Positions 39,870 through 52,105 of a stretch of DNA of 64,000 nt are shown piece after piece; position 1 is the first letter of the stretch, and the number at the start of each line of letters is the position of its first letter. The DNA is taken from the NCBI GenBank assembly GCA_951406725.2, contig OX597832.1, positions 5,642,001-5,706,000 of the forward strand, given 5' to 3'. This DNA comes from Octopus vulgaris. Its lineage: Eukaryota. The position numbers and the translations under genes were made by a program. The notes below the pieces were generated by a model. The model saw only the letters and a program-made list of their open reading frames with translations, did no database searches and was not told where the DNA came from.

Positions 39870-40224
39870 GTAAATCGAAAGACATTTTACTGTTTTTAAT
39901 CAATAAGTGATTAAATTAGCAATTGATTTCTCTGACAACCTCTTTATCATTATTATCAAGAATATATTCTTGACCATTCTTGGTACCACAAATACATCAC
40001 ATATTATTGTGCTAGTGTCCGTCAAGGACCAGATTCCGGTCTATTATTGTGTTTCAGAGAATCAACTGCGTTAAGTCTATTACTTAATCATTATGATATA
40101 GAATTGAATTGTTCAGTTGTATGAGGGATGGGTAAAGGGTGGAGCATCTCTAGCAGACGACTCAGTAAGAACTGTTTAATTAAATGATGAAGATAACTAA
40201 AACAACGACAGTGGTGGTTATTAT

Positions 40225-40660
40225 TCAAATTCAAATTCCGTCGTGGTTGACTTTACCTTTCATCATTTTGGGGTTGATAAAATAAGTACCATTTGAGTAC
40301 TAGGATCAATGTAATTGACTAGACCCCTTCCCTAAAATTTCAGGCCTTGTGCCTATAGTAGAAAGGATTATAATGATGATAATAATAATAATAATAATAA
40401 TAATTATTATTATTATTATTATTATTATCATTATTATTATTATTATTATTAAGGTGACAAACTGACAGAATCATTAGCCTACCAGGCGAAATGCTCAGCA
40501 GTATTTCACTTGTTACTATGTTCTGAGTTCAAATTCCGTTGAGGTCGACTTTGCCTTTCATCCTTTCGGGGTCAATAAACTAAGTACCAGTGAAACACTG
40601 GGATCAATGTAATTGACTAGTCCCTTTCCTACAAATGTCAGGCTTTGTACCTTTAGTAGA

Positions 40661-40734
<74 letters not shown>

Positions 40735-41004
40735 TTCAGTGAGAGAGCAGTGGATGCCATCAAAATGACACTGGGGTAAAATATACAAAACCCAGCATAC
40801 CCATCATGACTACCCATCTAATAAGGGTACACCAGGCACATGCATCACAACCATATGTTTGCGGCATGGTTGTCTCATACCAAGATAAACAGTGCATGAC
40901 CTCGCAGGTGAAGGCCAGTTAAAATTTCCTTCAGGTCAAGTAGCCCATTCTGCTCAAAAGGTCCCTGAATAAGGGTTGTTTATTATTATTATTATTATTA
41001 TTAC

Positions 41005-41037
<33 letters not shown>

Positions 41038-41173
41038 GTCAAATTCTGCCATGGTCAACTTTGCCTTTTCATCCTCTTAGGGTCATTGAAGGTACTAATT
41101 CCATGCTGAGGTCAATGTACTCAACTAGCCTTCTTCTCAGAAAATTTCAGGCCTTGTGCCTATAGTATAAAAG

Positions 41174-41262
<89 letters not shown>

Positions 41263-41554
41263 CATTATTATCATCATCATTATCATCATCATCATTATTA
41301 TTATTATTATTATTATTATAATTATTAAGGTGGTGAGTTGGCAGAATTGTTAGCATGCCAGGCAAAGTACTGAGTGTCATTTCATCATTTCATCCATCTT
41401 TATGTTCTGAGTTCAAATTCCACCGAGGTTGACTTTACCATTCATACTTCTGGGGTCGATAAAATAAGAACCAGCTGAGCACTGGGGTCAATGTAATTGA
41501 CTCGCCCCCCCCCTCAAATTTCAGGCCTTGTGCCTATAGTAGAAAGGATCATTA

Positions 41555-41610
<56 letters not shown>

Positions 41611-42390
41611 GAGTGAGAGAGCAGTTCATGCCATCAAAGTGACACTGGGGTAAAATATACGAAGCCCAATATACCCATCATGACTACCTGTCTGATAAGG
41701 GTACACCAGGCACATGCATCACAACCATATGTGCGCGACATGGTGATCTCATATCAAGATAAACAGCACATGACCTTGCAGGTGGGGCTCAGTTTGAAAT
41801 TTCTTCAGGTTGAGTAGCCCATCCCACTCAAAAGGTCCCTGAATAAGGGTTGTTTAAGGATGTTGAAAGAACCACCCATGTTTCCAGAGGTGAATTATTC
41901 AAACCACAAAGAATCCCTCTCAACACATGGCTATGATGCTCCCCCACTACTTCTGCTCGTGATCAGAGATGCACATATTGTCAGCCACTAAGGGACATGC
42001 TCAACTGATTAAGGTCAAACAACTGACAAGCAAATCTGTGGTATTGAGCAGAATATTTGCTGTAGCCCATCTTTTATACCAAGACAAAACAATGTACATG
42101 ATAACACTTCCAATCAGTTAAGATCAGAACTTATTATTATTATTATTATCATTATTATTATTATTATTATTAAGGTGGCAAGCTGGCAGAATCATTGGCA
42201 TGCCAAACAAAATGCATAGTGGCATTTTGTCTGAGTTCAGATTCCACCAAGGTTGACATTGCCTTTCATTATTTCTGGGTCAATAAAAGAAGTACCAGTG
42301 AAACACTGGGGTTGATGTATTCAACTAGTTCCCCCAAAATTTCAGACCTTGTGCCTATAATAGAAAAAATTATTGTTATTATTATTATTA
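40225..42390. repeat. SINE / (ATT)n / retroelement composite array in CIMIP2C intron 1
   Basis: Five same-strand Meta-SINE copies (~40225, 40451, 41040, 41327, 42172) separated by long (ATT)n/(AGT)n tracts, plus two copies of another element (40738-40980 and 41611-42130). Confidence 0.88.
41611..42130 (-). mobile_element. 5'-truncated non-coding retroelement segment ending ctctctcactc-(AAT)n
   Basis: Shares its 3' end point with the shorter copy at 40738-40980. Both are embedded in (ATT)n. An internal segment recurs at ~60320-60485. Confidence 0.7.
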
Positions 42391-42499
42391 TCATGTCTAA
42401 TTTGACTGCCAATTCTCAAGTCATCCACACAAATGGTTTTTAACCTGAAATATCAGATTGCAAAATATTAGGAAAATCTTTTTGCACTTGGCTACCATC

Positions 42500-43216
42500 T
42501 TTATTAATGAAAAGATGGAGGAGAATGGCTGGTTCTAGGTATCCGGTGATTCTTGAGGGATGCTTCCCCCCCCCCCCTTCAAGTGTCACCTGTGCCTGGA
42601 ACCAGGCCATATTAAAAAGAACTGCCCCAAGGACCAAGGTAAGGTCCTGGAACATCTAGTGATGGAATAACGCCCACCTCTTCCTTTGGAGGTAGTGAAG
42701 ACCCCCCCAAAAAAAAAGAAGGAGAAAAAAAGGAAGGTGGCAACAATGGTTGCCCACCGAAGGACCCTGAGGCTGCGGGAGTGAGGGAAGATCTTCCAGT
42801 TAAAGCAGAGAATCCACACCCTCCCATAGCAAAGGGGAGAAAAAAGGGACAGTGCCAGCGATTAATACACTGCTGGCATGTTCTGAAGCCCCGTCAATAG
42901 GAATTGTGCCACCGACAGTAGAAGTTGTAAAATAGAAGAAAAACGGGACAGTGCAGCCCCGTCGGTGGGAATTGCACCACTGACGGAGGAAATTGTAGCC
43001 TTCACCCAATGGAGGAACAATATTTGGTTTTCTCCAGAAAGTGAGAGGTGATGGGAAAGCTTTTTAAAAAGCTTACGAGTGAAAGAGACATAACCTGAAA
43101 TGGACTCCTTCCCAGTGGACGTATTCCGCTTCTGATCGAGGTACCCTGATCTGGTACTATCAGAGTGCCTGAGTGACACTTCATGCCAGGTCAGGTGCCG
43201 GCGGGGCAGAAAATAG
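42500..43216 (+). pseudogene. Gag-like / LINE ORF1-like remnant with a CCHC zinc knuckle
   Basis: YPVILEG [poly-C frameshift] KCHLCLEPGHIKKNCP (42584-42628, CX2CX4HX4C), then a K/P-rich low-complexity linker (TPPKKKKEKKRK). Several stops. No RT or endonuclease follows. Confidence 0.7.
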
Positions 43217-43221
43217 TAAAA

Positions 43222-43400
43222 GTAAGAGGATGAGTGCCTCATATTGAAAGGGCATATGGCCCATAAGGAAAAATTGTAAGAGGCCAAGTGCTTCATTTCA
43301 AGGACATGGTGCCATTTAAGGTAAGAGGCTTAGTGCCTCATTGTAAGGACCTTGAGTCCAAAAGAAATATTGGTAAGAGGTTTATTGCCTCAAATTGTAA
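43222..43400 (+). repeat. Array of seven short stem-loops in four degenerate GTAAGAGG...GCCTCA units
   Basis: Units start at 43222, 43276, 43321 and 43373. Hairpins include GAGGC-ttagt-GCCTC, GGAC-cttga-GTCC and GGGC-atatg-GCCC. Confidence 0.75.
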
Positions 43401-44262
43401 GTTCACAAAAGAACAATGTTTTACAGAAGCAAAGATCGGTGGGAGTCTTTTGCCTTCTCTCCGTAGCTTCTCCATCTGTGTATGGTTTTCATAGCCAATT
43501 TAATGAAATAGAGAAGATGGAGGAGAGTTCATCTTCATATAATTTTTTCTTTGCTATGGAGTTAGACAAGCTTGGAATTTTAAAACCATCTTAATTTTAT
43601 TCAACTCCCCACCACCACACATGTCACTGGCATCACTGGTGTCCCTAGTGTAGGGGCTGTGAAGATTGAAAAGAGCCAGACAACATTATATGTTATAACT
43701 ATCCACTGCTTACAAATAAGTAATTATATTATAACATTACACAATAATATGAAAAACTCTGATCCAAACAAGAAAGGAATCTGGGATTATTTAAAAGATT
43801 ATAAACAATCTTTAAAAAACTGAAATGATGATGATGACATTGATGGTGGTGGTGACTACAGTGGTGGCAGAGGCAGCAGCAACAACAACAGCAGCAGTAG
43901 TGATAGTGGTGCTGCATGACAATTTAATAGAATGTCAGACCACTAACAATTGATCAACAATTTGTCTTCTATCAGTGATGCAGTTTTGTGCTGCATCTGT
44001 AGAAAAAGTGATTAACTATAGCTGGATCAGTCCATTTTGTTGAACATAAGTAGCTGTGATAGAGACAGCTCACCACTGTAACAGTGTAATATTTAATTAT
44101 CAATCTTGCGCTGTTGCATTCAGTTCCCCAAAGATTCTGAAGAATAGAAAAAGAAATGCTAAATGTTTCAATTATCCTTACTGTTTTACCTCGAACTGAT
44201 TTTCATTAAATGGTAAATATCAAAGTTGGTATACAATACTCCTTCCTGCTTTAAATTCATAT

Positions 44263-44660
44263 AGGCGCAAAAGTGGCTGTGTGGTAAGTAGCTTGCTAAA
44301 CAACCACATGGTTCCGGGTTCAGTCCTACTGCGTGGCATCTTGGGCAAGTGTCTTCTGCTATAGCCCCGGGCCGACCAATGCCTTGTGAGTGGATTTGGT
44401 AGACGGAAACTGAAAGAAGCCTGTCGTATATATATATATATATATCTATGTGTGTGTATTTGTGTGTCTGTGTTTGTCCCCCTAGCATTGCTTGACAACC
44501 AATGCTGGTGTGTTTACATCCCCGTCACTTAGCGGTTTGGCAAAAGAGACTGATAGAATAAGTACTGGGCTTACAAAGAATAAGTCCCGGGGTCGATTTG
44601 CTCGACTAAAGGCGGTGCTCCAGCATGGCCGCAGTCAAATGACTGAAACAAGTAAAAGAG
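44263..44660 (+). mobile_element. Full-length CORE-type tRNA SINE
   Basis: Head ggcgcaaaagtggctgtgtggtaag...ggttcagtcc, CORE-like cttgggcaagtgtc, internal (TA)(TG) repeat, 3' stem-loop cagtcaaatgactg. Other copies at 10518, 11935(-), 17190, 34518, 45625(-), 47758 and 59040. Confidence 0.9.
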
Positions 44661-45624
44661 TAAGTATCTATGAACAATTGGACATCTTATTCAGTTCTGT
44701 GAGATTCCACAATGATTATGTATGCAGATTTTGGATTGGAATGCCTTTGATCAGTCCACTGAAAGGATAGAGACTTCAGCATGTTCTCTCCACCAACCAC
44801 AGTCTGATATGGAGGTTGTGAATTTGAACTTGAGATCATACTGGTTTGATGAGTCTATTCTGTCACAGTGGCTCAGCATGACTTGGTAGAAGGATGCAGT
44901 TTCTATATTCATATCCAGGAGAAGTTAAGCCGATGACATTGATCCCCAGTACTCAACTGGTACTTATTTTATCAACCCCAAAAAGATGACAGGCAATGTT
45001 GACCATGACAGAATTTTGAACCCAGAACATATGGATGGACAAAAAATACCACTAAGCATCTTACCCGTCATGCTAATGATTCTACCAGCTTGCCGCCTTA
45101 TGTTTGCATGTACTAAACTATTAATTTTCTATTCCCCTGGTGTCATTCAGTCATTTTTTACCTCCCAATATTTTGTTTACATTCTTTAGAAATGTTTAAC
45201 CATTATCTCTTGTGACAGTAAGTTTCATTGTTGTCATCATCATCATCATCATCATTATCCTCATCATCATTTAATGTCCAAGTTCTATTTCATGGATAGT
45301 TTGGCAGGTTCCAATGAACCCAAAGACTGCATTATTCTCCAGTGTCTTCTTTGGCATGGTTTCTATAGCCAGATGCCCTTCCTAACACTGACTATTTTAC
45401 AATATGCACTAGGTGCTTTCTATTGTGCCACCAGCACTAGGAAAGCCATCATGCAGTTTGCAAGACTACTACCCTGGAGAAAAAGGCAATTTTCTGTTGG
45501 AAATTGAGAGGTAAAAGATAAATAAAAGTATGGGAGAAATGGCCAAAGCAAAACAGGTTTCTTACTGTAGAAGAGCTACATGACAACTCACATCTAAAAC
45601 TGTTAACTGTTCTACTGTATCTTT

Positions 45625-46008
45625 TATCTTTTACTTGTTTCAGTCATTAGATTGTGGCCATGCTGGGGCACTGCCTTGGAGAATTGTAGTTAAATGAAAT
45701 GACCCCAGTACTTTATTTTCTTAAGCCTGGTACCTACTCTATACTTTTCTTTTGCTGAACCACCAAGTTACAGAGATGTAAACATACCAACACCAGTTAT
45801 CAAGCCATGGTAGCAGGACAAACACAGACACACACACACACATGATGGGCTTCATTGAGTTTCAGTCTACCAAATCCACTCACAAGGCTTTGATCAGCCC
45901 GAGGCTATAGTAGAATACACTTGCCCAAGGTGACATGCAGTGAGACTGAACCCAGAGCCATGTGGTTGGGAAGCAAGCTTCTTACCACACACCCACTCTT
46001 GTGCCTAC
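45625..46008 (-). mobile_element. Full-length CORE-type SINE, reverse orientation
   Basis: Reverse complement of 44263-44660 with CpG decay. Confidence 0.85.
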
Positions 46009-46525
46009 ATAAGTGCATTTACTATAATTTCTCTTTCGGTCAGTGTATTTTTGATTCTTAGCCTTTGCATTTAGTGACATTGAAGGAAAACTGCCCATAA
46101 AGGGAAAATACTCTCAAGCAGATTAAAACTGATCTATATCTAATTCCTGATATTTAGCATGGTGCAGACCATAATTTGTTAGATTAGCATTAATTTAAAT
46201 TTGTAGCAGATATTTCACTGTTCAGTAAAAATTTATAAACCAAAACCCCAGTTTATTATAGTATCTGAATAGAGCTGATTAGTGTAACTATCACCAATAA
46301 GTAAAAGAAAACTATGGTGAGCCATGTCTGGACTCTGTTTCAATCACTAATTGTCGACATCTTTTGCTATGTTACTTGTATATCTTTGAGAAAGGCATGA
46401 AGAACACTCTAATTTCCGTTTCTCTTTAATATGACTCTGTAACACAAAATCAATAAAAATTCAATTATATTTGTCAGTAGCAATCATCTTTAAAAACTTA
46501 TTGACTTTCTTCCTTTCTGTTGTAG

Positions 46526-46799
46526 CTACTGTGGCCACTGTCCTACTATTAAATTTGACTTTGCCCAGACTTATGGAAATATTACATCAAAATATTTTCA
46601 AGATTATCGGTCTCATGTACTAACAAGTTCCAAGTCTAACTACTGTTCGGGTGGACACCATCCGACATACAATACATTTAATCCTGAGCTTGCAATCAAC
46701 AAGAGAGCTCGTTGTTGGGACAGCTGCATAGTTTCTCCAAAATACCGAATGCTCAACTCTGATTTAAGCAGCAGAGATGCTTTAGAAAAATTCTATCAG
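46526..46799 (+). CDS. CIMIP2C: CIMIP2C-like coding exon 2 (YCGHCPTIKFDFAQTYGNITSKYFQDYRSHVLTSSKSNYCSGGHHPTYNTFNPELAINKRARCWDSCIVSPKYRMLNSDLSSRDALEKFYQ)
   Basis: Acceptor ctttcttcctttctgttgtag|, donor CAG|gtaaaa, 274 nt with no stop. Completes the FAM166-family PGYxGHxP motif and contains KYFQD, GGHxPT and FYQ segments matching C2orf70. Confidence 0.93.
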
Positions 46800-47056
46800 G
46801 TAAAATATATTCTTCTACCATTTACTTTTAGATGTTTTAGTTATTGGGCTGTGACTGTGCCAGGTTATCACCTTAACGGGTTTAGTTAAATAAATTAACC
46901 CAACTACTTCTTTTTTTAAAGTTTATTACTTATTCTATCGGTCTCTTTTGCTAAATCACTAAATTACAGGGATGTAAACAAACGGACCCTAATTGTCAAT
47001 TAGAGCCACACACACACAAACATATACATGCATATATACATATATACATACATAAT

Positions 47057-47135
<79 letters not shown>

Positions 47136-47159
47136 TTAGATAGATAGATAGATAGATAG

Positions 47160-47680
47160 ATCATCATCATCATCGTTTAATGTCTACTTTCCATGCTAGC
47201 ATGGGTTGGACAATTTGACTGAGGTCTGGCGAACCAGATGGCTGCACCAGGCTCCAATCCGATCTGGCAGAGTTTCTACAGCTGGATGCCCTTCCTAACT
47301 CCAAAAGTGTAGTGGGTGCTTTTACTTGTCACCGACATAAGGGCCAGTCAGGTGGTACTGGCAACGGCCACACCCAAATGGCGCTTTTTATGTGCCACCT
47401 GCACAGGAGCCAGTCCAGCGGCACTGGCATCGACCTCGCTCGAATATTTTTTCACATGCCACCAGCACAAGTGCCAGTAAGGCGACGCAGGTAACAATCA
47501 TACTTGAATGGTGCTTTTTACGTGCCACTGGCACGGAAACCAGTTTGTTGCTCTGGCAACGATTACGCTTGAATGGTACTCTTAGCACTCCTCTCGCATG
47601 GATGCCAGTCATCGAAATTGATTTTGATTTCACATGCCTCAACAGGTCTTCACAAGCAGAGTTTAGTGCCCAATGAAGGA
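47160..47680 (-). mobile_element. RTE LINE 3' UTR with internal tandem subrepeats
   Basis: Reverse complement of the 18540-18960 3' UTR. (CAT)n at the left end, with repeated gtgctttttacgtgccac units. Confidence 0.85.
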
Positions 47681-49026
47681 TATATATACATATATACACA
47701 CACATATACACATACATATATACATGAACATATATAAATACATACACATATACTTATGGGTGCAAGAATGGCTGTGTGGCAAGTAGCTTGCTTACCAACC
47801 ACATGGTTTCAGTCCTGCTGCATGGCACCTCAGACAAGTGTTTTCTACTACAGCCTTGGGCCAACCAAAGCCTTGTGAGTGGATTTGGTTGACAGAAACT
47901 GAAAGAAGCCTGCACATGTATGTATGTATTTGTGTGTCTGTGTTTGTCTCCACCCACCATCACTTGACAACCAATGCTAGTGTGTTTACATCCCCATTAC
48001 TTAGCAGTAAAGGAATAAAAGAATATATATATATATATGTATGTATATATTGAATGCTCGAAAGGAGGAGTTGATAGACAGCCAACTCATGTAGAGTGTG
48101 CTAGGTGCTAAAAACACCTAGCACACTCTATTAAGTGGTTGGCATTAGGAAGGGCATCCAGTCGTAGAAACCATGCCATAAAAGACAGCTCCCAGTTAGA
48201 CAGTTCCATGTCAAACCATCCGACTTATGCCAGCATGAAAAGTGGACATTAAACAATGATGATGATGATGATGATGAGCTGGCTGAATTGTTAACAAGCC
48301 AGGCAAAATGCTTAGCTACATCTCGTCTATCTTTACATTCTGAGTTCAAATTCTGCCAAGGTTGACTTTGCCTTTCATCCTTTCAGGGTTGATAAAATAA
48401 ATACCAGTTGAGCCCTGAGATTGATGTCATTGATTTAACCATCCCCAAAATTGCTATTATGTCAATTTTTCTGTGATCAGTAGTTCTCTCAGTTCTCAGT
48501 TTGTGATTCATTAATCCTTACTAAGCCTTCCTTAACCAAATTGGCCACAACCAGTGCACACCTCAAAACAGGTATTGATCCATACAAAATTTGAACATCA
48601 CCTTTCAGCACAAGCTCCTTTCATATGCTTCTGTAACAACAAAAGTTTTCAGTTTATGCTGATTAGATCTGTTTATTCTGAATAGGTCTCTATTTCTGAA
48701 ATGAGTTATTACTATACATATATGCATAATGATGATAGCTGTCCGCTCATGACTAAGGAAAACCAACACTGACAATTAAGAACATTATGTACTCAGACAA
48801 ATTTATACTTTGCACCTGTGGCTCTACAGGTGACTAATGAACCCAGTCCTTGATAAACAGAGACATACATGCAGAGACGTACATGCATGCAGAATTGCAT
48901 ACATACATCTCTGTCTGTCTGTCTCTGTCTCTGTCTCCTTCCCTCTCTCTCTCTCCTTCCCTCTCTCTCTCTCTCTCTCTCCTTCCCTCTCTCTCTCTCT
49001 CTCCTTCCCTCTCTCTCTCCCTCTCG

Positions 49027-49068
<42 letters not shown>

Positions 49069-49388
49069 CAGTTTTTTGGGATCAATAGATATACGGGTAT
49101 TCTATTTCAGATAATACAGAAAAAAAAAAAATAAAATAACCTAATGAGTATATCTGAAAGTAATCTCATGGGATCCATTTGCACAGCATGAAATAATACT
49201 TTAAAGGATATAACTAGTATATCAGCAGGGTATAATATACTTCCTTAATTATCACCTACTTAAGTTAACACTTAAATTTATCAATTATGACGAGACTACT
49301 TGTGTTTCTGCATTGGAAGATTACAATATATATACATACACACAAACATATACATACACACAAACATATACGATGATGATGATGATGA

Positions 49389-49432
<44 letters not shown>

Positions 49433-49456
49433 AACACACACATACATATATATATA

Positions 49457-49776
49457 TTGGCCTCCGTGCTGTGGGCACGTAACAAGCACCATCCGATCGT
49501 GGCCGTTCGCCAGCCTCATCTGGCACCTGTGTCGGTGGCACATAAAAACACCATCCGAGCGTGGCCGTTCGCCAGCCTCGTCTGGCACCTGTGTCGGTGG
49601 CACATAAAATCACCCACTACACTCTCGGAGTGGTTGGCGTTAGGAAGGGCATCCAGCTGTAGAAACACTGCCAGATCTGACTGGCCTGGTGCAGCCTTCG
49701 GGCTCCCCAGACCCCAGTTGAACCGTCCAACCCATGCTAGCATAGAAAGCGGACGTTAAATGATGATGATGATGAT
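49457..49776 (+). mobile_element. Young RTE 3' UTR/tail with ~59-bp tandem repeat
   Basis: caccatccga.cgtggccgttcgccagcctc.tctggcacctgtgtcggtggcacataaaa occurs twice, then the tail ends gacgttaaa(tga)n. Further tail copies at ~48120-48275, 55381-55590(-) and 56220-56520. Confidence 0.88.
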
Positions 49777-50859
49777 AAATATATATGTGCAATCATCAGA
49801 TTTACAATTATTCCAACACATCATCAGGTTCTTTTTCAAAGTATTGTTAATCTAATTTTACATCCCTTTAAAAAATAAGTGTTAAATCAAACAATAAATA
49901 AAACATAAAAAATGTACTTTATAATATTCAGAATTAAAACTTATAAATTATACATTAATGCTGAAAGGTTTACCTGATTGATTTGGAAATTCATTTTCCC
50001 AAAATATATATATATAATATATAATACATATAGATATATATATATATATATATACAGTAATCTCTTGCCATGTTGCAGTTCACCTATCACACATTCAGTA
50101 CATTGTGGTTCATAATGTTCAGTACATCACAGATTTTTCTGGCTCATATATGTAAATTTATATAATGGACTTCTCAGTATATCACAGGTTTTTATATTTT
50201 TTTATATCTTAATTATTTCTGTGGGAGGTTTTGGAATGTAATTACTGTATATATGTATGGGTATATATATATATATCCTCATCTAACCCCCCCTCTCCCC
50301 CCTCCTCATCTAACCTCCCCCCCGACCCCTACTTCTCTTCAGTCCTTCATCCTTTCACCCCTACTCCCATTCTCTTCTTCCCTCTTTCTCCCTCCCTCCT
50401 TCTCTCCTTCCTTCTTCCCTTCTTCCCTCTTTCTCCCTCCCTCCTTCTTCCCTTCTTCCCTCTTTCTCTCTGCTCCCTCACTCCCCTTCTCTCTCTCTCT
50501 CTCCCCCTCTCCCTCTATCCTCCCTCCTCCTCTTCTCCCCCTTCTCTCCCCTCCTCTTCTCCTCTCCTTCCTTCTCCCCTCTTCTCCCCTTTCCTTCTCC
50601 CCTCTTCTCCCCTTTCTTTCTCCCCCTCCACTCTTCTCCCCTTTCTTTCTCGCCCTCCCCTCCCCCTCCCCCATCTTCCCTCCCCCATCTTCCCTCATCT
50701 CCTCTCTCTACACTACACCATACAACTTTACACATCACATCATATATACATACACACGTCCAGACCTCTCATACGCACTAATACTCTCTCATACACACAC
50801 ACACACTCTTATGTTGGGGCATGGTCATTTAACCCTATTATCTCCCCTAATTTCGCTCT

Positions 50860-51136
50860 TGCGTCTCACGTTTGATCCTTGACTTCTGGCCGAAATCAGA
50901 TCGCTATGTTGATTCGCTAGCCTCTGCACGCATTTTTTTTCTCTCCTTCTTTCTGTGTTTCTTCTCTGTGTATCTTTCTGTTGAAGAGCGTAGGCTTGAA
51001 ACGTTAAAGACTTGTTTTATTTATATACCTGAGTGCCATACTAATACAATTGTTTGTTTGTATTCCACCTGCCTTCGTCTTTTGTTTATTTCCGTAAACC
51101 TGCCTTCGTCTTTTGTCTATTTTCATAAAGCTTCCC

Positions 51137-51140
<4 letters not shown>
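50860..51140 (+). mobile_element. Penelope-like terminal-repeat remnant
   Basis: ctgttgaagagcgtaggcttgaaacgtta (50978-51006) is a hammerhead-like core. It follows a ~450-bp CT-rich tract and ends in (TA)n. Confidence 0.55.
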
Positions 51141-51189
<49 letters not shown>

Positions 51190-51216
51190 GTATATATATA
51201 TATATGTATATATATG

Positions 51217-51264
<48 letters not shown>

Positions 51265-51677
51265 GACAGAGAGAGAAGGAGAGAGGGTAAGAAAGACAGA
51301 GACAAATAGAAATTATAGATGTATGTGTGTATATATTTATCTGTATAAATCTATATCTACACATACACATACACATACACACACATGCAAACATGCAAGC
51401 ATGCATACATACATACCTTAGAAATACAAATAGATGGAACACAAGTTTCAACTTTATTAAGAAAGCTGATTACAAATTTTGTTCCATCATTTTCTAACAT
51501 TCCATTATGTTATAACACAACAAAATGAGATTGTGTGTTTGATCAGTATATCAATGGATTTTCAAGCTTAAATATTACTTTTAGCTATACAGTACAGACT
51601 ACACATAATTCTAATCAAGTAGTTTTTACTGCAGCTCAGTATCATTAGAACTAAGTTACACTATTTTCTCTTTGCAG

Positions 51678-51790
51678 TCTACTCAAGTTCACAGGAATTA
51701 CTACAATGATAAAAGTGGGACTAACTATCCTGTTCAGTATTTCCAGCTTCCCACACCAATTGAAAAAGTTTTTCAGAAGAAATCATGTCT
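51678..51790 (+). CDS. CIMIP2C: CIMIP2C-like coding exon 3 (STQVHRNYYNDKSGTNYPVQYFQLPTPIEKVFQKKSC)
   Basis: Acceptor attttctctttgcag|, donor CT|gtaagt, phase 0 to phase 2. HRxYYxDKxGT..V.YF..P matches the recalled human HRKYYQDKTGTVPRVPYFAMP. Confidence 0.9.
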
Positions 51791-52105
51791 GTAAGTTATT
51801 CTCTCAAGGAACAACTTCATATTATTATATATGGGAAAATGTCAGGGACAACCAAAGTCCTGTGGCTGGATTTGGTAGACAGAAGATAAAAAGAAACCTA
51901 TTCTGTGTGTGTGTGTGTGTGTGTGCACATGTCTGCATGTGCATGCATGTATGCAGATGCATACAGCAAATCCAAAAGAGACCGATTTGCATACATATGC
52001 ATAATCAGCTAAAATGATCTCTAAGAGCAACATATCAGAAAAACACATTCACATTTTAATTGGATTCAATAGCTGTTTCATTAAGATACACCCAATGTAT
52101 TAATA

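Larger units (their letters stand above)
38050..40230. promoter_or_regulatory. CpG-retaining (probably unmethylated) bidirectional promoter region
   Basis: CpG dinucleotides are visibly frequent here in non-repetitive sequence and rare in flanking unique DNA. Contains the CIMIP2C first exon and an opposite-strand splice donor. Confidence 0.6.

Noticed and set aside
42862-43296. 144-aa and other minus-strand ORFs suggesting an endogenous virus
   Set aside because: No viral motifs recognised. The + strand carries the CCHC knuckle, so these are antisense shadows.
43222-43400. CRISPR-like repeat-spacer appearance
   Set aside because: Repeats are short and degenerate, the spacers are related to each other, the context is eukaryotic and there are no cas genes. 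Kept as a stem-loop array instead.
50231-50882. 200-aa P/S/L/F-rich ORFs and their G/E/R-rich antisense ORFs (also 48824-49134)
   Set aside because: Low-complexity CT tracts with no splice or homology support.
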